Positions 1 to 11,130 of a stretch of 64,000 bases of DNA are shown here, piece by piece. The notes beneath the pieces are model-generated. The model worked only from the letters and a program-made list of their open reading frames with translations, was not told the DNA's origin and made no database searches. A program made the position numbers and the translations under genes. How positions within the stretch are numbered: position 1 is the stretch's first letter; each line of letters starts with the position of its first letter. Source of the DNA: Podarcis vaucheri (taxonomy: Eukaryota); assembly GCA_965113315.1 (NCBI GenBank), contig OZ220365.1, one strand, 5' to 3'.

Positions 1-1357
1 CCACTGAGCATGTATCCATTTTTATATGCAGTTGCTTTATTTATCAGATTGCTTTGCATTTTTTTTTTAATTGTTGCAAGCCACCCCAAGTTATGCAAAC
101 ACACTGGAAGGGCCCAGTATATATAAAAAAATAGTTACTGGAGAACAGGTAAAGAAGCAGTGTAGCTCTGGGTACCAGATGCTAAGGATGAGGAGGGGAT
201 GACCATCATATTTATGCCTGTTTGTGAGTTTCCCAGAGGCACTGGGAACAGAATGCTGCTCCAGATGGCTCTTTGGTCTCAGCCCCCGAGACATTCCTGT
301 CTTCTTACATTCCATGGCATAACTTTGTAAGCATAGCAGAGATTCCTCCTCCGGCAGCCCTGAATGTAGAAAGGAAACACACCTCTCATTCATAGCTTGT
401 TATCAAACAAAGGGATTTCTCAAATATAAATCTAGCATGTGCGTGTTTTCTCTGTAAACACTCCCAATTTATTGTACTACATGCATAATTTGATCACAGG
501 TGGTGTGCTGAATAATTGCCTTCCCCCCTCTTCCTAATTTTATTTTCTTTTACTTTTGGTTAAGCAAAAGTGCAGATTTTCATTGATAGAAACACCAGCG
601 AAAGATTGTGTTTGATGCAGGAACAAGTGGAGTTACATATGCAAATAATAGCTTGTCTGTGATGTGGCTTTTGTCTCCTCTCGTACCAATTCATTGCTAG
701 TCTATAATTAGGAAGAGGGAAGAGAAGGAGCAGTCAACAGAGCCGAGTAATACCCTGTATGAATTTCAGGTACGATCACAACAGAGCTTTGTGAAACACA
801 CGTTTTCCTTATGCCTATAGTAGGTGTGCCTGCATAGCAAGCAAACCTCATGCCCAAACAGCTTTGCCCTTCCTTCCCAAAGACAGAATTATCCAAGAAT
901 GGTGTCACACTTGCATGCTCGTCATTTCAATGATGGCTGCTTCCAGAGTTGAATTCTCACCCTTAATAGAAACCTTATTAGTAGAAGCTTAATAGAAACG
1001 GGAGGATTCACTTCTTACCTACCCCATAGTCTGGGCTCTCTTTGGCCTAGGATATGAACACTCCTTTATCTCTCCACGAGTCTTCCTTGACCTTACCCAG
1101 GTGTGCTCAACATCCTCTCAGTCGCAACAGGGATGTCACTGAGCAAGTTGTCAGGGTCCTTGCTGCAAGCTGGACTCGTACTGGCAAAGATCCCTTGCAT
1201 TGCTTGGGCACTTGAGTGGTCGACAGGGTAGGTACTTGGTAGCTCATGGTTTCCAGGACCCAACAGTGTCTTCAGTTCCAAGGAGATAAAGACAGTAGAG
1301 ATCAGCTTTCCTAGGTAGAACTTTCCATTGTATTCAAACAGAATGTACTCTGGAGTA

Positions 1358-2065
1358 AGGCCACATCCACACCATATTTAAAGCACTATGATACAACTTT
1401 AAACAGTCATGGCCTCTACCACCTCCAAACTTTGGGGAACGGTAGTTTTTAAGGGTGCGTAGAGTCGTTAGGAGACACCCTCATTCTGCTCTCAGAGCCA
1501 CAGTGGTTTAACAATGGCTTCTTCTTAACAGGGAGCTGGAAATTGTAGTCTGAGGGAGGGGAATAGGGGTCTCCTAACAACTCTCAGCATGGGACGCGGG
1601 TGGCGCTGTGGGCTAAAGCCTCAACGCCTAGGGCTTGCCGATCGAAAGGTCGGCGGTTCGAATCCCCGCAGCGGGGTGCGCTCCCGCTGCTCGGTCCCAG
1701 CGCCTGCCCACCTAGCAGTTCGAAAGCACCCCCGGTGGCAAGTAGATAAATAGGTACCGCTTACCAGCGGGAAGGTAAACGGCGTTCCGTGTGCGGCTCT
1801 GGCTCGCCAGAGCAGCGTTGTCACGCTGGCCACGTGACCCGGAAGTGTCCCCGGACAGCGCTGGCCCCCGGCCAATAGATGTGAGATGGGCGCACAAACC
1901 CCAGAGTCTGTCAAGACTGGCCCGTTCGGGCAGGGGTACCTTTACCTTTTTAACAACTCTCAGCACCCTTAAGAAACTACAGCTCCCAAAATTATTATTT
2001 TTTTTGGGGGGGGGGAGCCATGGCTGTTGAAATGGTATGATAGTACAGGTAGCATTGATGCAGGT
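1358..2065. mobile_element. Degenerate palindromic non-autonomous DNA transposon (probably PIF/Harbinger-type MITE), interrupted by a Sauria SINE
   Basis: Starts GGCCACATCCACAC. Internal inverted halves (AGGGTGCTGAGAGTCGTTAGGAGAC / GTCTCCTAACAACTCTCAGCACCCT). Similar termini occur at ~8610-9045. Boundaries approximate. Confidence 0.5.
1591..1950 (+). mobile_element. Sauria (Squam1) SINE, full length
   Basis: GGGACGCGGGTGGCGCTG head, GGTTCGAATCC B-box, (ACCTTT)n tail. 15-bp TSD TAACAACTCTCAGCA at 1575-1589 and 1951-1965. Confidence 0.92.
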
Positions 2066-2118
2066 AGCATTGCTGTCCTGGAGTGGGGCACTAGAAAGAG
2101 TCTGCCAATGGTGGCATT

Positions 2119-2272
2119 GTGGGATAGCTCAGTTGGTAGAGCATGAGTCTCTTAATTTCAGGGTTGTGGGTTTGAGCCCCACTTTGGGCAAAAATGTTCC
2201 TGCATTGCAGGGGGTTGGACTAGATGATCCCCAAGACCCCTTCCAACTCTACAACCCTTTGAGTCTACGATT
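2119..2272 (+). mobile_element. tRNA-Lys-derived SINE with CR1-type tail (Squam2/P.s.1-like)
   Basis: Degenerate tRNA-Lys(CTT) head (TAGCTCAGTTGGTAGAGCATGAG..TCTTAA) followed by CCTGCATTGCAGGGGGTTGGACTAGATG..CCTTCCAACTCTAC, which is shared with CR1 3' ends in this window. Confidence 0.8.
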
Positions 2273-3734
2273 TTGCTGTTGCCTAAAAGGATTTCAGGTT
2301 AAGAAGGGCTGTGTCTTTCTAGTAGTTCTTTTGACTGAGGAGGACCTTTTGTAGGTGTGAGATTTTGTGCTAAGAGTTGATCTATATGACCAGCTCAGAG
2401 CATGCATTTCTGACATTTTTAGCCCGAAGTTCTGAACCGCAAGGCAACTAGACTAGTTTCAAGGCAATAAAATAAAATTAGAGAAGCCCACAATCTGTTT
2501 TAAAATGGCAGCCAGTCTGAAGAAGATGATTGCTGGGGTCTATATCATTGACAAGGGGCTTCTCAGCACTCGGTTACAAAGACGAGTTCTGTGCTGCCAT
2601 GGCTGTGGCGGTTTGCTGCCAAAGATGAGAGAACTTAGATCAAAGTGAAACAAGTGAGAACTGGTGCACACTGCCTGTGTCAGGGGCTGGCACAAGCCTG
2701 CAGCAGGTCTCGAACTTGTAATCAGAGGGTGAGGCAGCAAGAGCAGTCACAGAGGCCCTCCTACACCACAAGGTCAGGAGATACCATATGCAAGATTTCC
2801 AGGTCATGGTTGCTTGCTGATCTGAGCAGTGAAACAGATTTTGCTCATTGCCGCTTACAGGCAGCCTTTGCCCTGCTTCCGAGTTCACAGGAGCTGGGCC
2901 TGACAGACAGTTACGCAACACAGAAGAAGAGGAAAACACTGCACAGGTTGCAAAGGAGCACCACATGCTTGCTTTGACTTTCTGATATTTTTAGGTGGTG
3001 GTGGTTTCTAAAGGACTGGGGCATGTGTTTCCTTACCCCCACCCCAGCCTTGGGAGCATTAACTGCCCACAAATGACAAAAAAAAAAAAAACCATGCCCC
3101 TTTATCAACACGGAGAATTGGGAGCAGAATGCTAGGGCGGCCACGTCACCTCATAAAGTTTCAGTCCATTAGATAGCAATGCATTTGCATGGCTTGCCAT
3201 GTGTGTTATCAACATATGCTACAAGTCAGCAGAGTGCAAGTTACTGCTGTTAAGGCCAGCCTTAGCTTCTGCTCAAAATTCTTATGCCTTATGTTTAGGA
3301 AAGGGATGTCTCTCCCAGGGCTTGTTTCATTTAATCACATAATTATGGCTATGATCACAGCTTAGCGGCTGAGCGATGTCCAATGGTTGCCCCACGGCGA
3401 GAGGGGCTGCATCCGACGGTTGCTGGACTGGGTCAACCCAGCAACTGGGTTCATACACCCCCATTCTAAGAGGGACCAATGCTCCCATGATTCCCAGGAG
3501 ATAAAATCGTTGGGTTGTTGTTCTCGTCACCCTTCCATTCATGTGGTCCAACATATCCTGAACTGGAATCCTCTGCTCATTAATGCTTACTTTAATCCTT
3601 TAATTTATATGCTTAATTTAATCCCAATGCCTCACATGAATTCTGGTGTTCCCTCAAACATAAGAAGAGTGTGCTGGATCAGGCCAATGTCCCATCTGGT
3701 CCAGAATCCTGTTCTCACAGTGGCCAACCAGATA

Positions 3735-4122
3735 CAGTGGTACCTCGGGTTACAGACGCTTCAGGTTACAGACTCCGCTAACCCAGAAATAGTACCTCGG
3801 GTTAAGAACTTTGCTTCAGGATGGGTACAGAAATCATGTGGTGGCAGCAGGAGGCCCCATTAGCTAAAGTGGTGCTTCAGGTTAAGAACAGTTTCAGGTT
3901 AAGAATGGACCTCCAGAGTGAATTAAGTTCTTAACCCGAGGTCATAGCTGTCAACCTTCCCTTTCCCCCCGGGAAATTCCTTTATTCCAGTGCCATTTCC
4001 CGCTGCTTCCCGCTGCTATCCCAGATTGTTAGATATCCCGTAGACTGTCCCCGGGACAGGTGAGGCTGCTGATCCCTTATTTTCAAATCTGAAAGTTGAC
4101 AGCTATGCCCGAGGTACCACTG
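3735..4122. mobile_element. Tc1/mariner (Tigger-like) MITE
   Basis: TIR CAGTGGTACCTCGGGTTA / TAACCCGAGGTACCACTG with TA TSD. The right TIR is split by a hAT MITE. Same family as 19617-19858 and 22883-23100. Confidence 0.9.
3943..4107. mobile_element. hAT-superfamily MITE (165 bp)
   Basis: 13-bp TIR CATAGCTGTCAAC / GTTGACAGCTATG. Perfect 8-bp TSD CCCGAGGT at 3935-3942 and 4108-4115. Confidence 0.9.
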
Positions 4123-4270
4123 TATCTGTGAGAAACCCACAAACGGGGCCCAAGCACAACAGCACTCTCCCCTCTTGGGGGTTCCAGCAACTTTTCAGAA
4201 GCATCAATGACTCTGATGGTGGAGGCAGAGCGTAGCCATCGTAACCGGTAGCCACTGATCAAACCTAGAG

Positions 4271-4524
4271 GAGGAGGGTTTTTTTGGTTTTTTGGATTTG
4301 ATATCCCGCCTTCCACTCCATTTAAGGAGTCTCAAAGCGGCTAACAATCTCCTTTCCCTTCCTCCCCCACAACAAACACTCTGTGAGGTGAGTGGGGCTG
4401 AGAGACTACAAAGAAGTGTGACTAGCCCAAGGTCACCCAGCAGCTGCATGTGGAGGAGCGGAGACGCGAACCCGGTTCCCCAGATTACGAGACTACCGCT
4501 CTTAACCACTACACCACACTGGCT
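4271..4524 (-). mobile_element. Squam3-like tRNA/CORE SINE
   Basis: Minus strand AGCCAGTGTGGTGTAGTGGTTAAGAGC head, MIR-like core GGGTGACCTTGGGCTAGTCAC, CTC-rich tail. TAGAG flanks both sides. Confidence 0.85.
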
Positions 4525-5886
4525 TTAGAGCTGCCAATCAGGTCAGTTCCTATTGGAATGGACAAATCACGAATTCCTCAAGCATCCCTACAGGGTTACA
4601 GACATGGGCCCTGCAGCCTTGGGGTTCGGAGGGCAGGCTGAGACCCACACACCGTGTAAAACAGGCATGGTGGTGGGGAATTGTCCAACCCCTGAGGTCA
4701 AGTACCTGCCAAAAGGTTCGCCCACAAAGCAGTGGCATCGTGGCGAAACATCTTGGGGACACGTATGTCTGCAAAATGGAACGAAATGAAATAATGGGCA
4801 ATGAAAACAAATGTTTGACAGTTGGGCCACCCCCCTGTGGATTGGGAGGCGAGCCCATTGATTTCTACCCAAAGCGTAACTTTGAGACTCGAAAGATGAA
4901 AGGCAGCAAACCCCCCAAAGCCCCGTGCTCTTTTTCTCTGCGCCAAAATGAGCTACGGAGTTATAAATACCAGCTGCAGACCTTTCTGTCATGAGCATTT
5001 GTTCGATGCCTGGCCAGAGGCTCCATTTATCGTATTGTATCTCTTTAAGTGTGTTTCTCGAAACGGCCCCATATTTTATCAAATTCTGGATATATATTTT
5101 TGATTAATGATGGAGGCATTTTCCCCAGTGTGGCACGATCCATCATACTCCTAATCCAATTTTTAAATGAAAGGCGTTCTTGGATATCTTTGTAATAGAG
5201 TTATTCTTCTCTTTCTCCTTCTCGGTGTAGTTACAGTTCTCTCTCCTGCTTGCTCTCCTTGCAGCAAAAGAGAGAGGCTGAGAAATAGCGTGCAGCGATG
5301 TATTCCTTAGCAGGCAATAGTGGAGGGATGGCATATTCCATCTCTGCAACCAGGGTCCTTTGGCTCGTTTTAATTGCAACAACACAGAGAGTGGCTTCGC
5401 CATGATGTAATTCAGGGGCAAGCTGAGCCTGGCAAGCTGGGGCAAGCCCATTTGCTTTTGCTGGCTGTTGTCGGGTATCGCAGTGGCATGAAATGTAACT
5501 TCCATGCGGCTTTTGTGCTGATGCTGATGCATCTCGCCACGGCCCTTTGGTCAGTACAAATAATAATAATAATAACAAACGACAACGTTTATTTATGTCC
5601 GTTTATGAGAACATCTCCAAGCGATTTTGCAATAAAAGCATCAGCACTAAAAGCAATCACACTGTTTCACACAAACATTATAGAAGTTTTTTTTAAAAAA
5701 TGCCCAATTAAAAATGCTATCCTATTAAAAAACAAGAAACGAAAATAATATTGTGTGTAAAAAAACCAGTTTCAAGTCCAATGCAGATAGAGACTGGGAT
5801 AAAGATATGCAATTATAGGGTTTGTTGAAAACGGAAGGTCTACCCTAGGTGCCAGAAAGGCAACAGAGATGGCACCTGTCTGACAT

Positions 5887-6137
5887 AGAATCATAGAATC
5901 ATAGAATCATAGAGTTGGAAGAGACCACAAGGGCCATCGAGTCCAACCCCCTGCCAAGCAGGAAACACCATCAGAGCACTCCTGACATATGGTTGTCAAG
6001 CCTCTGCTTAAAGACCTCCAAAGTAGGAGACTCCACCACACTCCTTGGCAGCAAATTCCACTGTCAAACAGCTCTTACTGTCAGGAAGTTCTTCCTAATG
6101 TTTAGGTGGAATCTTCTTTCTTGTAGTTTGGATCCAT
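5887..6137 (-). mobile_element. Young CR1 LINE 3' end, 5'-truncated
   Basis: (CATAGAAT)n = (ATTCTATG)n tail. Only a few differences from the copy at 60288-60532. Confidence 0.92.
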
Positions 6138-6232
6138 ATAGCATGTAATGGCATGGGATTGGCTCTTTGTGAGGGGTGATCTTAAGGGTCATCTTAAGAC
6201 CAGAAACATCCTGACCTGACATGCATCAGATG
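6136..6232 (+). repeat. 97-bp exact direct repeat, copy 1 (copy 2 at 6572-6668)
   Basis: ATATAGCATGTAATGG...CATGCATCAGATG is identical at both positions. Confidence 0.95.
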
Positions 6233-6659
6233 ACATGTAATGGGGGGGGAGTGGGTGGTCCAGTGGGTTGGTGCCACCACAGTTAAGGCCCAGCTCCTAC
6301 TTCATGTGGAATAGATGTCCTGAAGAGATGGGATCTGCAGAGTGCAGTGACAAGTTGGGCATATAGGATGACCTACTTTTGCCTCTACCACTTTCTGTCA
6401 AAACAGCAGCAGCAACAACAACAACAACAAATAATAATGATGATGATGACGACGATGACGACTTGGCTGCTGTAGTTTGTATAAGCCAAGGTTTCTGAAT
6501 GCTTTCTAATAGTAGCCTCATGTGGTTCATGTCACAGCACAAGGGTCCAATCTAGACATGACTTTGGAGCGATATAGCATGTAATGGCATGGGATTGGCT
6601 CTTTGTGAGGGGTGATCTTAAGGGTCATCTTAAGACCAGAAACATCCTGACCTGACATG

Positions 6660-6835
6660 CATCAGATGTCAAAGAAATAAACAACTAACTGACTTTTAGA
6701 AGGCATCTATCTGAAGGCAGCCCTTTTTAGGGAAGTTTTTAACATTCGATGAATTCTTGTATTCTAATCTTTTGTTGGAAGCCACCCAGAGTGGCTGGGG
6801 AAACCCAGCCAGATGGGCAGGGTATAAGTAATAAA

Positions 6836-6880
<45 letters not shown>
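6660..6880 (+). mobile_element. L2 LINE 3' end with (ATT)n tail
   Basis: CATCAGATGTCAAAG...GGAAGCCACCCAGAGTGGCTGGGGAAACCCAGCCAGATGGGC then (ATT)n. Same family at 21020, 42920, 45608 and 62380. Confidence 0.8.
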
Positions 6881-6902
6881 GCTGCTGTTGTTGTTATTAT
6901 AA

Positions 6903-6989
6903 GAAAAATTCCTTCCAGTAGCACCTTAAAGACCAACTAAGTTAGTTCTTGGTATGAGCTTTCGTGTGCATGCACACTTCTTCAGATAC
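6903..6989 (-). mobile_element. Penelope-like element pseudo-LTR remnant
   Basis: GTAGCACCTTAAAGACCAAC...AGCTTTCGTG...CACTTCTTCAGATAC, a typical reptile Penelope terminus. Same sequence at 47784-47879 and partially at 16444-16477. Confidence 0.8.
6952..6989 (-). ncRNA. Minimal type I hammerhead ribozyme motif (Penelope-associated)
   Basis: Minus strand GUAU CUGAAGA A GUGUG-CAUG-CACAC GAA AGCU C^AUAC. Stem I GUAU/AUAC, CUGANGA core, 5-bp stem II, GAAA, palindromic AGCU stem III, CUC cleavage triplet. Confidence 0.75.
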
Positions 6990-8395
6990 TGTTATTGTTA
7001 TTGTTGTATCAGCGTCATTCCTTGAACTGACTGAAGTTCTCTCTTCTAACCAATGTCCCCTGGTAGCGCAGGGAGTAAGAAACTGCCAACTGGTGCTCTG
7101 TTTGAGCCTTGTGGTGTCTGACAACACTGAGATACAATCAAATTGTGTGTGTGTGTGTATGTCTCTAACATGCATGCATGCATACATACATAAAATAGTT
7201 AAGTGCACGGCATTTCCCAGAGGTCATGTGCAGTGCAGTGTCTGAAATTTCTTTTCAGTGTTCAAGATCAAACCCTTCCCCAGGCGTTATAAGCACCTGT
7301 CTGTGACTCGAACTGAGCTGCTCACTTGGTCACGGCAGTTACTCATGCGATGGCCCTGCAAGATTCCCTGCAAGAGAGTATTTCCGCCCGGGAACAGCAG
7401 TAACATGGAAGGTCCCACATCACCTTTGCAGATAGCTTGTTAGTGACTCTTGTTATGCACTACTAAATGTATTGTCTGATGAGCCTTGACTGCTGCTGTT
7501 CCAAATAGGAACACGAGAAGCTGTCCCATACTGAATCAAGCCCATCTAGCTCAGCATTGCTCACACTGACTTGCATTGATTCTCCATGCTGTCAGGCAGG
7601 ACAGATGCCAGGGATTGAACCCCAAACCCGTGGCTCTCCCAAGTTTTGTTGAGTTCCAACTCTCAATTTCCCAAGCCAGCATGGCCAAAGTTTGGGGGTT
7701 TATGAACAATGGTCAGGAATGCCATCCAAAAACATATGGAGGGACACTTCACTAGTCCAAGGGAATCAGGGAGGATGGATGTAGAGTTGGGCTGTCTGTA
7801 AGAAAGCAGCGCATTGTCCCCCCCCCTTGTGCCGTAATTCAACTCTCATCTGGTCTTGGTGGCAGGGGCCAACACAGCAATATCAACTCACACTGCTGCC
7901 TCAACAGGATGTCCTGGGGCAGAAATGGCTATTTTGTGGCTCTGCGAGCTGGCTCGAGCCTGCAGGGCAATTTTATCTGGCCTCTGGTGACCCTACCAAT
8001 TTGACCAAGGTGTGCGAAAAATGCCTGCAGTTTCACTGGTAAGGCAGGGGAAAGGAGATTCTTTCCCAAAGTTGTTAGAGAGGGAGATTTTTAATGTTAG
8101 AGCTGAAGCTCTTGATTACAGATCCTGGCAGTGTCCTGTTTATTTCTTGGTGTTGCTGGACTATAGCTGCCAGCATCCCTGACCATTGAGCAGCATGTTG
8201 GCTGGTGTTGATGGGGTCGGAAGTCCCAACAATTGAGTCCCTGTTCCTTACCAGAAAGGAGAGGAGCGAGGCAGTGGGGAGACTGGCCTGCTGCAAATGT
8301 ACCTTCTGAGCCAAAATTGTGCTCGTGCAATCTGTTTACACTGTGCTGGTGTCCCCATTGGTTTGACTTTTCCCCATCTACAGCAGCAACTCAGC

Positions 8396-8533
8396 CAGAG
8401 TTTCCCAAACTTGGGTCTCCAGCTGTTTTTGGACTACAATTCCCTTCATCCCTGACCTCACTGGCCCTGCTAGCTAGGGATGATGGGAGTTGTAGTCCAA
8501 CAACAGCTGGAGACGCAAGTTTGGGAAACCCTT
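8396..8533. mobile_element. Palindromic hAT-like MITE
   Basis: Long inverted arms GTTTCCCAAACTTGGGTCTCCAGCTGTT..GGACTACAA / TTGTAGTCC..AACAGCTGGAGACGCAAGTTTGGGAAAC. Confidence 0.7.
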
Positions 8534-8641
8534 AACTAAACTGCCAGGAGGTCAGGTGAGCATCTCTGCACCACCATCCCGTCTGCTTCTGGCTGTATCT
8601 GACACTTCAGTCATGTCCACACAACACATTTAATACATATA

Positions 8642-8893
8642 CAGTGGACGCTTGGGTTGCAAACGTGACCTGTGTGGGAGGCACATTCGCAACCTGCAGC
8701 GTTCGCAACCCACAGCACCATGTATGCACACTTGCAGGTTGCCATTCAGCACTTCTGCGCAAAACACGAATTAGTGTTTTTGTGCATGCGCGAGCGCCGA
8801 AACCCAGAAGTAACCCATTCCAGTACTGGGTTCAGTGCGGTGCGCAACCCGAAAACTCACAACCTGAAGCGTCTGTAACCCAAGGTATGACTG
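8642..8893. mobile_element. Tigger-like MITE nested in an older MITE (~8610-9045)
   Basis: TA|CAGTGGACGCTTGGGTTGC ... GTAACCCAAGGTATGACTG|TA. Confidence 0.75.
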
Positions 8894-9433
8894 TACTGCA
8901 TAAAACAATGGTTTCCCCAAAGAGTCACAGGGACTGTCATTTGCTACCTCATAGAGCTGCGTCTCCCAGCAGCCTTAAAATACTACAGCTCCCAGGATTC
9001 AGTGCGCTAAGCCACATGCTTAAAATGTATGTTGTGGATGTGACCAAGTTTTGCTGGCTTGGCTGTTCCAGATAATGGGGCCACAAGCCAGAAATGAAAG
9101 CATCCATTCTTGGACCAGCACGGATGTTGGCGCATGGCACACTTCTCCTCTCCTTTAGCCTTGGTTGATGACACCAGTCTAAGTGATCTTGATTTATTTA
9201 GCTTAATTGTCTGCTGGTTAAATATGTTTAGTGAAGGTGAAGTCATTAAAATGCATCTTTGTCTGCCCTAATGTCTATGGATAGCCCTTAAGAAGGAGAA
9301 GAAAACACTTTGAGATGTATTACAGTGTGCCACCCTCTTCCTGCCATATTTGCGAATCTGATTCCTGCTGTCCTGGTGGCGTTTCCTCCCCTGGCAGTTA
9401 ATCAGCAACAGATATAAGCAGCCCGCCACTTAC

Positions 9434-9517
9434 CATGCCCTTTGCTAATGATAATTGTCTGCTTTCCGTTGTGCTGAATCCGGTATGGTCAAACAGTTTG
9501 CAATTGCTCAACATTGT
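9434..9517 (-). other. Candidate 84-nt spliced exon (coding status unknown)
   Basis: Minus strand acceptor GTGTTGTTTTCTTAG| and consensus donor ATG|GTAAGT. Length is a multiple of 3, with one open frame TMLSNCKLFDHTGFSTTESRQLSLAKGM. Context is non-repetitive. Confidence 0.35.
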
Positions 9518-10187
9518 CTAAGAAAACAACACGGCTTTGGGAAAGTGACCAGTTTTGGTGCAAAGAGTTTGTTGTGCGCGTGTGTGCCCGCTTTACGGAT
9601 TCATCATTCCACCTGCAAATTGGTGGAGCTGAGCTAAGAGCAAGCCCTCTCTCTTTGCTGCAAGATTTTAACAGCGAGGTCATCTGTAACCATCCCTTTG
9701 TTTGCACAGTCGGAATAGTTTCAGCTGGAAAAGGGATTTTTAGCAAGGCAGGAATCTACGGTGTTCTGAGCCAAACTGTTGGCGCAACTAATGCACCAAC
9801 TGACAGTGGCTCTCTGAGATGTTAGGCTAGGGACATTCCCAGCCCTACATGGAGATACTGGGAATTGAACCTCAGAACTTCTGCATGCAGAGCAGCTGCT
9901 CTACTGCTGAGCTTTTCCTCCCTTCCCCTTCCCACTTCTGAAAGAGCACGGAAAAGGATGAGGGGTTGTTTTTAAACTGTATCATGCACACACACAAAAT
10001 GGCCTTGTTGGATCAAATGAAGGTCCATCTATTCCATCACTCCATTTGCAACAGCAGGCTGCTGCCAGATGTCACGGCGGATGCTGAAAACAGGTGAGTT
10101 TTCCCAAGGAAGATACTAATGACTTTTTCAGAGTGTTGCTGGCTAGCTCTGCAATTAAAAACCAAACATAACCCCCACATTTACCTA

Positions 10188-11130
10188 AGATGATAAAAGC
10201 GAACCAGGAAGGGCTGGGCGATGGGCTCTTTGGGGTGGTGAATGCTTCCCTCTGCAAGGGAGAGTTCCCAGACCAGCTGAAAGAGGCGGTCATTAAACCG
10301 CTTCTTAAAAAAACATCTTTAGACCCGGCCAATTTGGCCAACTATCGCCCTGTCTCAAATCTTCCATTCTTGGGCAAGGTGATTGAGCGGGTGGTTGCTG
10401 AACAACTCCAGGCACGCCTGGTGGATGCAGACCATTTAGACCCCTTCCAATCGGGATTCAGGCCTCATCATGGGACTGAAACTGCCTTGGTCGCACTGGT
10501 TGATGATCCCTGGTTGGCTAGGGAGAAAGGTGAAAGCTGTTTCCTAGTTCTGCTGGATCTCTCAGCAGCTTTTGACACTATCAACCATAACATCCTTCTG
10601 GACCGTCTAGAGGAGCTGGGAGCTGGGGGCATTGTTATACAGTGGTTCCGCTCCTTCCTCCTGGGTCGTGACCAGAAAGTGGTGGTGGGATGCCTCAGGG
10701 TTCTGTCCTCTCCCCCATGCTTTTTAAGGTCTACATGAAGCCACTGGGAGTTTGGGGGTTTGGTCTGGGTGTGGATGATACCCAGCTCTACCTCTCTTTT
10801 AAATCGGAACCATTGAAGGCCGTGAAGGTCCTGTGTGAGTGCCTGGAGGTGGTTGGTGGATGGATGGTGGCTAATGGATTGAATCCTGACAAGACAGAAG
10901 TAGTGTTCTTGGGGGACAGGGGACAGGCTGGTGTGGAGGACTCCCTGGTTCTGAATGGGGTAACTGTGCCCCTGAAGGACCAGGTGTGCAGCCTGAGAGT
11001 CATTTTGGACTCACAGTTGTCCATGGAGGCGTAGGTCAATTCTGTATCCAGGGCAGCTGTCTACTAACTCCATCTGGTGCCCAGGCTGAGACCCTACCTG
11101 CCCGCGGACTGTCTCACCAGAGTGGTGCAT
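10188..11130 (+). mobile_element. L2-clade LINE ORF2 fragment (degenerate reverse transcriptase)
   Basis: ORFs 10190-10738 and 10690-11034 give NYRPVSNLPFLGKVIERVV, QSGFR..HGTETAL, LLDLSAAFDT, PQGSVLSP and DDTQLY. Frameshift and deletions present, including at the YADD motif. Confidence 0.93.

Larger units (their letters stand above)
3657..4262 (-). mobile_element. Old CR1 3' UTR remnant hosting nested MITEs
   Basis: AACATAAGAAGAG..CTGGATCAGGCC..CACAGTGGCCAACCAGA is the reverse complement of the TTCTTATGTT-tailed CR1 3' UTR also seen at 43400-43826. The sequence resumes after 4124. Confidence 0.65.

Noticed and set aside
708-908. ORF containing FGKEGQSCLGMRFA, reminiscent of the cytochrome P450 heme motif
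   Set aside because: It lacks the conserved G and R of FxxGxRxCxG, has an in-frame stop shortly upstream, and shows no P450-like flanking sequence or clear splice acceptor. Most likely chance.
2119-2190. tRNA-Lys-like sequence
   Set aside because: The acceptor stem and T-loop are degenerate and it is fused to a CR1-type tail. It is a SINE head, not a tRNA gene.
6739-6940. Poly-Ile and poly-Tyr ORFs (also at 42782 and 62587)
   Set aside because: They are translations of (ATT)n microsatellite tails of L2 elements.
10190-11034. Reverse transcriptase ORFs as a functional or domesticated gene
   Set aside because: Frameshifted, the catalytic motif region is deleted, and both ends are truncated. 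It is a dead L2 fragment.
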